NCBI GenBank assembly: GCA_016288495.1
Contig: JAEEZH010000155.1
Location: 4,804-68,803, forward strand
DNA length: 64,000 nt
Direction of reading: 5' to 3'
Origin: Lachnospiraceae bacterium
Lineage (GTDB): Bacteria; Bacillota; Clostridia; Lachnospirales; Lachnospiraceae
Positions within the stretch are counted from its first letter, which is position 1. The number at the start of each line of letters is the position of its first letter. The translations under genes were made by a program, and so were the position numbers. This document shows positions 55,843-63,518 of the stretch, one piece after another. A model generated the notes under the pieces. That model did no database searches. It had not been told where the DNA came from and worked only from the letters and a program-made list of their open reading frames with translations.

Positions 55843-56812
55843 ATGAAAAAAACTGATTTGTCCGTCATATTGATCTGTATATTATGTGGTTTTATATTCA
55901 CGGGCTGCGGAAAGCTTAAAGCCATCATGGATCCTAAATCCCAAAATGCAGGGGATTCACACAATAATGCAGTGTATGATGTATCATTACAGCATAAAGA
56001 TGAAATCGATAAAACTGAAGATATTCCTTTGACGGATTCTGAAAAAGATGATGATTTAAATAACAATAAAGATGCTGATCCTGATATGTCGGTGGCCGAT
56101 AAGGATGATACCATCTATGGTAACGGCGGACATTTCGTCAAGTATGGCGGAAAAATCTATTTCAGGGCGCCAGGAAAAGATGCCATGAATAAGGCCGCGC
56201 TTTGGGGCGAATATGATCATATAGGTGAGGCTGTAAGCAGCACCGTAACTTCATATGATCTCGAAACACATGAAACACAGGCTCTTTTTGAGGACACATC
56301 TATAGGGCCCATAGTCATATCAGGAGGGCGTTTTATCCTGGCCGGAATGGAGGCAGACGGAGACGGTCATGTGTATTCATTATCTTTAGACGGATCAGAT
56401 AAAAAAGAACTCCCGGGCAGTCGGATATATGCCACACAGCCTTCAGGAAAATATTTTGTCACAGGTGGCTATGAAGATGATAATAATCTTCACTTTTTCA
56501 TCTGTGATGATGAAGGCAGCTCTCATGAAGTAGATAATACATTGACACTTCATGATTTTGCCGGTATTTCGGATGATCACTTTTTTGTATAACCTGTGAA
56601 GGTGATGAAACCTATGGGAGTTTCGCAGGATATGAGCTTGAAACCGGTAATGAGATCCCTTACGGTCATTTCGGGGAAATATCCGAATATTATAATTATC
56701 CCGGCTTACCTGAATGTCTGGATACCGATGAAAACTCAGTATATCTGCAGATGTCCGCATATGAAGGCACCGGTAATTTTTATTCCTCCAGCAAGTGGAA
56801 TAAGGCAGATTT
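55843..56812 (+). pseudogene. Lipoprotein gene, frameshifted in a T6 run (56581-56586) and 3'-truncated by repeat copy G
   Basis: It has the lipobox FTGC. The ORF stops at 56592, but the adjacent frame continues without stops (CITCEGDETYGSFAGYELETG...SSSKWNKADF) right into the repeat. Confidence 0.6.
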
Positions 56813-56848
56813 CTTGAACGACCCGCTAAAAATGGTGTATTGTTCAAC
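56813..56848 (+). repeat. 36-nt array repeat, copy G (consensus)
   Basis: CTTGAACGACCCGCTAAAAATGGTGTATTGTTCAAC. Confidence 0.95.
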
Positions 56849-57326
56849 CAGGCGACTATATATATATATGACCGGCACAATGTACACAGCCAGAGACGCC
56901 GCCCACAAAAGGATGATGGAAACTCTGGATAAGGAAGAAGCGCTTCCTCTCGATATTGACGGAGCCACCATATATTATATGGGCCCTTCCCCTGCAAGAG
57001 AGGGCAGGCCTATAGGTTCTGCGGGACCGACTACAGCCGGACGAATGGATAAATACGCTCCCAGGCTTCTCGATCTGGGTCTTAACGCCATGATCGGAAA
57101 GGGGAGACGTACAAAGCAGGTCAAAGATGCCATCATCAGGAATGGCGCAGTATATATCGCCGCAGTCGGCGGAGCCGGCGCTCTTTTATCAAAATGCATT
57201 AAGAGCTCTAAAGTGATCGCCTATGATGATCTCGGAACCGAAGCCATAAGAAGGCTTGAGGTTGAAGATTTTCCCGTGATAGTTGTATTTGACAGCAAAG
57301 GAAACGATCTGTACGACCCGGATTAA
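56849..57326 (+). pseudogene. Class I (Fe-S) fumarate hydratase/tartrate dehydratase beta subunit, missing roughly its first 15-25 codons (an internal ATG at 56868 could still be called as a start)
   Basis: The sequence ...TGTMYTARDAAHKRM...GPSPAREGRPIGSAGPTTAGRMD...IGKG...AAVGGAGAL is the conserved beta-subunit core. Homology begins immediately at the 3' edge of copy G. Confidence 0.7.
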
Positions 57327-57369
57327 CGATAATTACATATATCTTTGTTCAGTCTTCTTCATTTCATTA

Positions 57370-58047
57370 TTAACACTTCATTTTCTTCAGCGTGCCTTTA
57401 ACAAGCGCAGCTGAAAAAGGCATGCAAAACTGCGCTACCGGTCCGACCAGGAATGCGCAGATTATGGTTCCGACTCCAAATCTGCCTCCGGGAAAAAAAC
57501 CGATGAGTACAAATAACACATCAGTGATGATCCTCACGATGCCAAATGGTTTGCCGCTTTTTTCGCTTATGACAACAGCGACAAGGTCATTGGGTCCCGT
57601 ACCGGCTTCCGAGCGTATGACGATGGACATCCCGAAAGCAAGGATCACACATCCCAGGATAAGAACTGGGATCTTGACTGCAAGATCCGACTCACTGATA
57701 CTGAGAGGCTCCAGCAACAAGGTGAACAGATCGATAATCGGTCCCCCGCAGAACATACAGACTACAGTCCCCGCCTTTACATAGCTTCTGCCTGAAACAA
57801 GAAGTATCAGTATTATCAAAAAACACACGCACATATGCACCGTCCCGTGTGTCGGTGTGATCAGACCTGTTTTAATTATGAGCAGGCGAAGACCCTGTAT
57901 AAGTACGTTAAAGGGATCTGCTCCCAGATCCGCAAGTATGAATAAGGTGACGCCAAGATGTGCGACCACAAGTCCCAGAAATAGCAGACAAAGCCGGACT
58001 GTCTTTTCACGCAGCTTTTCGCTCATTTTATATCTTGTCTCCTCCAT
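57370..58047 (-). CDS. Polytopic membrane protein (YczE/DUF6198-like)
   Basis: This 225-aa protein has six hydrophobic segments and the motif LADLGADPFNVLIQGL. The family assignment is from memory. Confidence 0.5.
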   Translation of the reverse strand: MEETRYKMSEKLREKTVRLCLLFLGLVVAHLGVTLFILADLGADPFNVLIQGLRLLIIKTGLITPTHGTVHMCVCFLIILILLVSGRSYVKAGTVVCMFCGGPIIDLFTLLLEPLSISESDLAVKIPVLILGCVILAFGMSIVIRSEAGTGPNDLVAVVISEKSGKPFGIVRIITDVLFVLIGFFPGGRFGVGTIICAFLVGPVAQFCMPFSAALVKGTLKKMKC

Positions 58048-58152
58048 AGGTTTATATCTAACTTATTCCATCCTGAAGTCATCAGGATTCCGTCATGCAC
58101 GTCGTGCCTGCCACCTCATGACGAATGTTACCGATCCCGCAACTTGCCTGTC

Positions 58153-59700
58153 CTATATTTGAAATTTCAGCTTTTTTGTCTGCAACGCAGGTTCGAACGG
58201 TATCCGGTTCTGCTTTTCTGAATCTGCCTGTGTATACCGGCTGTTTTCTCTTTCCTGGATCTTTGCCTTTTCCATGATGGCTTTCCAGGACGGAGATAAG
58301 ATATAGTAGGCTATCATACACAGCATGCCAAAGCTGAATGAGATCGGGAAGCAAAGCATTATAAAGGTGCCGTCAAAATACCGGGTTATGAGCCATGCGC
58401 TCGGGATCCGGACTGCCCAGAGCATTAGGATATTGATGACCGTGGTATATCTTACCTTTCCCGTGCCGTTCACTATACAGATGATGCCGTTGAAGATGGC
58501 GTAAAACCACTGGGAAAGCAGCATGACCACAACATATCTGCCGGCATACATGAGCACCTCTTCATCCTTTGAAAAGATCCTGAGTATCGGCATCCTCACA
58601 AAGATGAATAAAAGGCCAAAGCCAAGAGTGATCAATCCCGAAAATACGGGGATTATTATATGTCCCTGCTTAAGCCTCATGTAGTTTCTGGCTCCGAAAT
58701 TCTGGCCGGAAAAAGCAGTGGCTGCTGAAGAAAGACCGGCAATTGCTATGTTTGAAAGTCCGGTGATCCTTCCGGCTACGGAATTACCCGCCATGAATAC
58801 CGAGCCCTGCATATTGACCATGGACTGAATAGCCACGTGTCCAAAGGAATACAATGAATTATTAAGTCCTATCGGAAGACCGATCGCCATCATTTCCTTA
58901 AACTCGGGCAAATACAGATGTCCGGGCAGAAAAGTGAATCCTATTCGCGGAAATCTCTTCTTTATATACAGGATGCTGGCAAGCCATGAAAGAAGCATTG
59001 CAAGGGAGGTAGCGACAGCAACTCCGCTTACGTCCATTCCGAAGCCTGCTACCAGTACTACATCAAGGATTATATTGACAACACATGAAACCAGAAGAAA
59101 TAACAGAGATGCAAAGCTGTCACCAAGACCCCTTAAGATCCCGGCATTAACATTATATCCGATATTTCCCAAAGCACCAAGTAAAACTATACGTGTATAT
59201 ATAAGCGCTGCTTCAAAGGTGTCTGCGGGAACATTCATGAACCGCAGCATATGGGGAGTGTAAAACCATCCCAGGACAGCAATGGGTATGCCGCACAGAT
59301 AGACAAAGGATATGGTGGTGTCGCTGATCCTACGTATCTTTTCATTGTCACCGGCTCCTACACACTGTGAAATGAGAATGGAAATCCCGGTCCCGATTCC
59401 AAGGAAAATGCATAAAAGCACTTCCACGGGCTGGGAGCTGGTGCCCACCGCGGCGAGGGAGGTATGTCCGCAGTAGGCGCCGATCACCAGCGTATCTACG
59501 GTAGTATATAAATACTGAAGAATGTTTCCGATGATGATAGGAACGGCAAACAGCAGAACCTTTCCCATTATGGAACCTCTTGTCATATCTATGCTTTTTG
59601 CTCTTTTTCTTACCCTGCTCATGATGATAACCTCATAATCCGGATTGAACAATGCATGTTTCCAATCCCCTGTCTGTTCTATAGCCTTATGATACATCAT
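58153..59700 (-). CDS. MATE-family efflux transporter
   Basis: This is a 12-TM protein with a typical MATE N-terminus (DMTRGSIMGKVLLFAVPIIIGNILQ). The true start is probably internal (for example ATG 59622), and the C-terminal tail is unusually long. Confidence 0.85.
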   Translation of the reverse strand: MMYHKAIEQTGDWKHALFNPDYEVIIMSRVRKRAKSIDMTRGSIMGKVLLFAVPIIIGNILQYLYTTVDTLVIGAYCGHTSLAAVGTSSQPVEVLLCIFLGIGTGISILISQCVGAGDNEKIRRISDTTISFVYLCGIPIAVLGWFYTPHMLRFMNVPADTFEAALIYTRIVLLGALGNIGYNVNAGILRGLGDSFASLLFLLVSCVVNIILDVVLVAGFGMDVSGVAVATSLAMLLSWLASILYIKKRFPRIGFTFLPGHLYLPEFKEMMAIGLPIGLNNSLYSFGHVAIQSMVNMQGSVFMAGNSVAGRITGLSNIAIAGLSSAATAFSGQNFGARNYMRLKQGHIIIPVFSGLITLGFGLLFIFVRMPILRIFSKDEEVLMYAGRYVVVMLLSQWFYAIFNGIICIVNGTGKVRYTTVINILMLWAVRIPSAWLITRYFDGTFIMLCFPISFSFGMLCMIAYYILSPSWKAIMEKAKIQERENSRYTQADSEKQNRIPFEPALQTKKLKFQI

Positions 59701-59846
59701 AAAATAATGTTTATCTTTTGTATTGATTGCCGTATTTGGTAAAAAATTATTATTTCATGCTGTTATTACTTGAAATATGACAGAATTACGGCTTGTTATG
59801 ATCATATCTGCCCTGTATAATAATTACATGAGGATCGGAGGATAAT

Positions 59847-60698
59847 ATGGCGCTTCCCTTACCTGAAGGAAAAAAAATACATATAAACTACAGACTTCTG
59901 GAGCCTGAATTTGAAATGCCTTCACTTGAAGCGGCGCCGGATCATTATACGCTGTGCCTTATTATCAGAGGTGACAGAAGAGTGATCACTCCGACTATGA
60001 CCTATGAACTCCATTCAGGAGACGTAAACGCCATGCCTCCGTTTTTGTATCACAAAACCATGCCGGCATCCGATGAGTATTATGAAAACATCCTGATAAA
60101 ATTCTCTCCGGATATCCTGGACGAATTTAACCGTAGACTCGGAAACAATATTATCGACCGCTTTTTTGAAAGTCCACCGAAATCCTTTGAAGATGAAAAG
60201 GCCAGGGAAAGAGTATTTTCAACTGCATGGAATATGTGGCGGATATATGACGCGGGAGATACAAACGAAACATATCTGAATTTCAGACTTCAAAGCCTTC
60301 TGTACGGACTGATCCTCGAGATCAATTCAGAGAGCTCTCACGTAAAGGGAGTTAACAACCACCAGACCGTCCTTAGCCAGCCCATAATGGATGCCATTTA
60401 TTATATAGAAAAAAACTACATGAAGCAGATCCATATTGAAGACGCCGCTTTTGCCGGAGGATATTCGGTCTCTTATTTTTCAAGACTGTTCCAGTCACAG
60501 CTCGGTCTGTCATTTACAGATTATCTTCAGAGCATCCGGCTCAAGCACGTAAAGTCAGATCTTATCAGCACGGACAGATCCATAATGGATATAGCCATTG
60601 ACAACGGCTTTATATACGCAGGCAACATGAGCAGCTGCTTTCGAAAAAAGACCGGAATGACTCCAACACAGTTCCGCCGCAAGATCAAGGAGAAATAA
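59847..60698 (+). CDS. AraC-family transcriptional regulator
   Basis: It has an N-terminal cupin-like region and a C-terminal double HTH (YSVSYFSRLFQSQLGLSFTDYL...IAIDNGFIYAGNMSSCFRKKTGMTPTQFRR). Confidence 0.85.
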   Translation: MALPLPEGKKIHINYRLLEPEFEMPSLEAAPDHYTLCLIIRGDRRVITPTMTYELHSGDVNAMPPFLYHKTMPASDEYYENILIKFSPDILDEFNRRLGNNIIDRFFESPPKSFEDEKARERVFSTAWNMWRIYDAGDTNETYLNFRLQSLLYGLILEINSESSHVKGVNNHQTVLSQPIMDAIYYIEKNYMKQIHIEDAAFAGGYSVSYFSRLFQSQLGLSFTDYLQSIRLKHVKSDLISTDRSIMDIAIDNGFIYAGNMSSCFRKKTGMTPTQFRRKIKEK

Positions 60699-60800
60699 GA
60701 ATTACTATTCGTATGATCAAACAAAGTTGTTGCTGTTGCGACTGGAATTACCAACAATATGTTGATGGATTGTGGATAACTTCACACTATATATAGTGAA

Positions 60801-61150
60801 TCAATAGATAAAAAATTCCCGGTAAACAGATTCTCTCTGCTTACCGGGTTTTCTTATCCTCTCCAAAAGCTCGATCTCCATATCCTTTACATAAGGAATA
60901 TCCGAATGAGATCCCGCAGGTCTGGTGAGAGCCTGCTTTGCCATAAGTGCACATTTTTCAAAAGTGCCTCCAATCCCCACTCCGATCACCATAGGAGGAC
61001 AGGCATTTGGACCTGCATCCTTAATTGCCTGAAGCACTGCGCTTTTTACACCCTCGATCCCATCTGCAGGCTTTAACATGAACACACGGCTCATGTTTTC
61101 CGAACCAAAGCCCTTGGGAGCAAGGGTTATCTTTACTTCATCTCCGGGAA
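60801..61150 (-). pseudogene. Internal fragment of the class I fumarate hydratase/tartrate dehydratase alpha subunit (about 100 codons)
   Basis: The fragment reads PGDEVKITLAPKGFGSENMSRVFMLKPADGIEGVK...AGPNACPPMVIGVGIGGTFEKCALMAKQALTRP. The N-terminal third is missing and the 5' end abuts copy H. Homology is lost near 60855, where the terminator hairpin begins. Confidence 0.7.
60818..60855 (+). terminator. Rho-independent terminator (bidirectional hairpin)
   Basis: A CCCGGTAA...TTACCGGG stem is followed by TTTTCTT. It also marks the point where fumarate hydratase alpha homology on the minus strand ends. Confidence 0.7.
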
Positions 61151-61186
61151 CTTGAACGACCCGCTAAAAATGGTGTATTGTTCAAC
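61151..61186 (+). repeat. 36-nt array repeat, copy H (consensus)
   Basis: CTTGAACGACCCGCTAAAAATGGTGTATTGTTCAAC. Confidence 0.95.
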
Positions 61187-61412
61187 ACAACATACCCGGT
61201 GGGTGTCTGGCGGCCGACTCTCGTCTTCGCCATAACATTCCCTCCTTTTGTGTATTAAAAAAGCACCTATGTTTGTAAGTGCTTTTTATACATCTCTATA
61301 ATTATCCCGCTCTAAAATGACTTGATATTATTCCAAATATATAATATATAATAACTAAGAGATGAGCCGGTGCACCCACACCCCTTTTTGGTGAGGGCCG
61401 ACACTATAAGGC

Positions 61413-61700
61413 TCATTTCTTATATCTGAATATATCAACTATTTTTCCTTCTTTGATTAAAATAAAATCACAATCAAAAGTTGAAGATCGTCTTAATCTG
61501 TTAAACGAAATCTGTTTTATCTCAGATACCTCCATTGTAGAATTTCCTACATCAAGAACAATTCCACCAGGATTTCCTCGTATTTGGTGTATTGCTTCTT
61601 GAACATTCTTATCAACTGCATTGTATGTGTATTTATCTGGTTCTTGTTCTTCCCATAATAAACCATTCCACTTATAATCTGGATTCTTTTTCCAGGTTGA
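61413..61700 (-). pseudogene. Start-less/frameshifted ORF, possibly the C-terminal nuclease-like domain of a toxin
   Basis: The frame ...WKKNPDYKWNGLLWEEQEPDKYTYNAVDKNVQEAIHQIRGNPGGIVLDVGNSTMEVSEIKQ...IFRYKK* has no usable ATG. An overlapping frame holds MRLLYNTFGGNIEALPEIIQPGK. The D...E-x-K spacing hints at a PD-(D/E)xK fold. This is weak. Confidence 0.3.
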
Positions 61701-61779
61701 ATTATCTCTGGAAGCGCTTCAATATTCCCGCCAAATGTGTTATAAAGAAGTCTCATATTTTCTTCTTCACGATTTTTCA

Positions 61780-61815
61780 CTTGAACGACCCGCTAAAAAT
61801 GGTGTATTGTTCAAC
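61780..61815 (+). repeat. 36-nt array repeat, copy I (consensus)
   Basis: CTTGAACGACCCGCTAAAAATGGTGTATTGTTCAAC. Confidence 0.95.
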
Positions 61816-61832
61816 TGAGGGGGAATTTATTT

Positions 61833-62285
61833 ATGAAAGCAAATCAAGAAAATGTAAGAGTAGCTTCTTCGAAAGAAGTGATGATCACGTTGGCAGCGCT
61901 TCTGCTTTTTTCGACTCTGATCTGTCTTGGTGAGCAGACAGGCGGATTGATCCAGAAAAAACTGGCCGGTCAGACGAAAGACGTTGCCTGTGAGATCATT
62001 GATATCCGTACGGAAAACCATGTCAAATTCCAGGAACAGTTTAGCATATTTCAGGATGCACAGGGAAACACATACGAATTAAAGACTACATTCAAAGATT
62101 CAATCGGGAGAAAAGCAGATCTGAGCGTTGCCGGATCCCGTGGCTATAGAAAGAGCTATGAGATTGTCAAACCGCAGACGGTCGGATGGGCGGTTTATCT
62201 GTTGCCGATCGTGTGTATTGTAAGCATGATCATTTATCCGATCAAAGCTAAAGAAAAGGGATTATGGCAATGGGAAAGACAATAA
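61833..62285 (+). CDS. Hypothetical two-TM membrane protein (150 aa)
   Basis: This is a complete ORF with a GAGGGGGA RBS, starting 18 nt after copy I. It has N- and C-terminal hydrophobic helices. Confidence 0.55.
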   Translation: MKANQENVRVASSKEVMITLAALLLFSTLICLGEQTGGLIQKKLAGQTKDVACEIIDIRTENHVKFQEQFSIFQDAQGNTYELKTTFKDSIGRKADLSVAGSRGYRKSYEIVKPQTVGWAVYLLPIVCIVSMIIYPIKAKEKGLWQWERQ

Positions 62286-62404
62286 AAAATATGAGCATCA
62301 GTCCTACTTGGGCTGAAGCTCATTTATACCATGGGGATTCTGTTATTTCTTTGCCTGCTTATTGATCTGCGTGGTCGATACAATTGCAAAAATGATTTCA
62401 CCAA

Positions 62405-62440
62405 CTTGAACGACCCGCTAAAAATGGTGTATTGTTCAAC
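62405..62440 (+). repeat. 36-nt array repeat, copy J (consensus; last copy in the window)
   Basis: CTTGAACGACCCGCTAAAAATGGTGTATTGTTCAAC. Confidence 0.95.
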
Positions 62441-62508
62441 ACTGTTGGTAATGAAGTATATGAGGAGAAGATTAAACGGATTATGCCGTCTAAAAGGAGG
62501 AAAAAGTA

Positions 62509-62772
62509 ATGACGAAAATTATTGGAAGAGTAAAATATATAGGAACCGATATAGGTTTTGATGGTATGGTTAATGGTAAGGAATATGATGTTGAATGGGC
62601 TGAGTATGGAAATTATGGAGTAATTGATGAAAGTGGGGAATCCTATTTATATAATGCAAAAAGACCTGCGAATTGCATGCAGAAATATGCAGATGTTGAG
62701 TTTGGACGTTTTGAGATAATTTCAGATCCCTCTGGATTACTAAAAAGAGAGCTTTTGAAAAACGTCTCTTAA
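62509..62772 (+). CDS. Hypothetical small protein (87 aa), immunity-protein-like context
   Basis: This is a complete ORF with an AAAGGAGG RBS. It directly follows a start-less gene tail (...TVGNEVYEEKIKRIMPSKRRKK*) that begins at the edge of copy J. Confidence 0.5.
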   Translation: MTKIIGRVKYIGTDIGFDGMVNGKEYDVEWAEYGNYGVIDESGESYLYNAKRPANCMQKYADVEFGRFEIISDPSGLLKRELLKNVS

Positions 62773-62793
62773 ATTGAGACTAAGGTTCATATC

Positions 62794-63234
62794 GTGGCTA
62801 CTCACTGGGATAAGCTTAATAAGCTCATCATCGAAAACTGGGAGCGCCAGAAAAAATTCCTGGTGGAGCTTTTCTCCGGAAGGAGTTTCTTCGGGGACAT
62901 GGAGCTGGCCCAGAAGAATATCATGCACTCCTCAGCTTATATGTATAATCTGCTCAAGGATGCGGATGACAACATGGATGAGCTGGAGATATTCTGCCGC
63001 ATGACGGGGCTCACGGAAAGAGGAGCGTCCGATGAGGAGATAAAAGCGGTATTGGATGATATAAAGGGTTATACCAATGTGGACAAGATCAGGGAGGTAA
63101 TAAAGACCGAACTTCTGGCCAAGTATAAGCATCTTCTGTTCTATAGGATAGAGACCGTATATCAGGATTTCATCAGTACTTACAGAAGAGGCATCAAGGA
63201 AAGGAAAGAGGCGGCTCAGCAGAACGCGCAGTAG
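62794..63234 (+). CDS. Hypothetical helical protein (146 aa; GTG start, possibly 5'-truncated)
   Basis: The ORF has host-like composition and is followed by a strong terminator. I recognise no family. Confidence 0.45.
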   Translation: MATHWDKLNKLIIENWERQKKFLVELFSGRSFFGDMELAQKNIMHSSAYMYNLLKDADDNMDELEIFCRMTGLTERGASDEEIKAVLDDIKGYTNVDKIREVIKTELLAKYKHLLFYRIETVYQDFISTYRRGIKERKEAAQQNAQ

Positions 63235-63268
63235 ACTCAGAATGACATAGGTGAGAGTTTCATTAAAA

Positions 63269-63300
63269 ACCGGCACGGTACACACCGAGCCGGTTTTTTT
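63269..63300 (+). terminator. Rho-independent terminator
   Basis: An ACCGGC...GCCGGT stem is followed by a T7 run. Confidence 0.7.
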
Positions 63301-63518
63301 GTGCCGGTTGGATCTGTGCGTCGATTGTATATGTATGCAATTGTTTATTATTTGTCATGTCGTTATTTTATTGTCAAAATGCACAACGGTTAGCCTAAAT
63401 CAACTTTAAAAAATGTTAAAAATTGACAAAAAGTTCTTTTCTTCTTCTTAAAAATATTGTATCATGGTGAAAGCGCATATTTTTGAGAAAACTATTTTTC
63501 TCAGGGAAAGGAGTGTAT

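Larger units (their letters stand above)
45705..62440 (+). other. Array of eleven co-oriented 36-nt hairpin repeats with 84-bp to 4.4-kb gene-bearing intervening segments (unclassified; CRISPR-like repeat with integron-like cassettes)
   Basis: See the individual copies Z and A-J. The intervening lengths are 1960, 4420, 493, 417, 366, 84, 3116, 4302, 593 and 589 bp. Confidence 0.8.

Noticed and set aside
45705-62440. Calling the 36-nt repeat array a canonical CRISPR locus
   Set aside because: The intervening segments are 84-4420 bp rather than about 30-40 bp, are highly unequal, and contain complete genes with their own signals. No cas genes or recognisable leader are present in the window. 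I kept it as an unclassified repeat array instead.
45705-62440. Calling the array a bona fide integron or an attC cluster lacking an integrase
   Set aside because: The repeat has AAC...GTT-type inverted ends that vaguely recall attC R''/R' boxes. However, it is only 36 nt, it does not match RYYYAAC/GTTRRRY well, there is no intI gene, and many segments hold truncated genes rather than discrete cassettes. The resemblance is reported only as a hypothesis.
47543-62561. ORFs in the track that read through the 36-nt repeat (47543-47740, 51988-52194, 52529-52759, 52612-52812, the N-terminal part of 56751-57326, 56443-56997, 61592-61933, 62331-62561), all containing LNDPLKMVYCST or LNNTPFLAGRSS
   Set aside because: The shared peptide is just the translation of the repeat. 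The flanking parts are unrelated and mostly overlap better-supported genes or fragments.
52193-62800. An intact prophage, ICE or transposon in the accessory region
   Set aside because: I found only fragments (a possible phage tail-completion N-terminus and a toxin-like tail). There is no integrase, terminase, capsid, relaxase or transposase ORF, and no terminal inverted repeats beyond the 36-mer itself.
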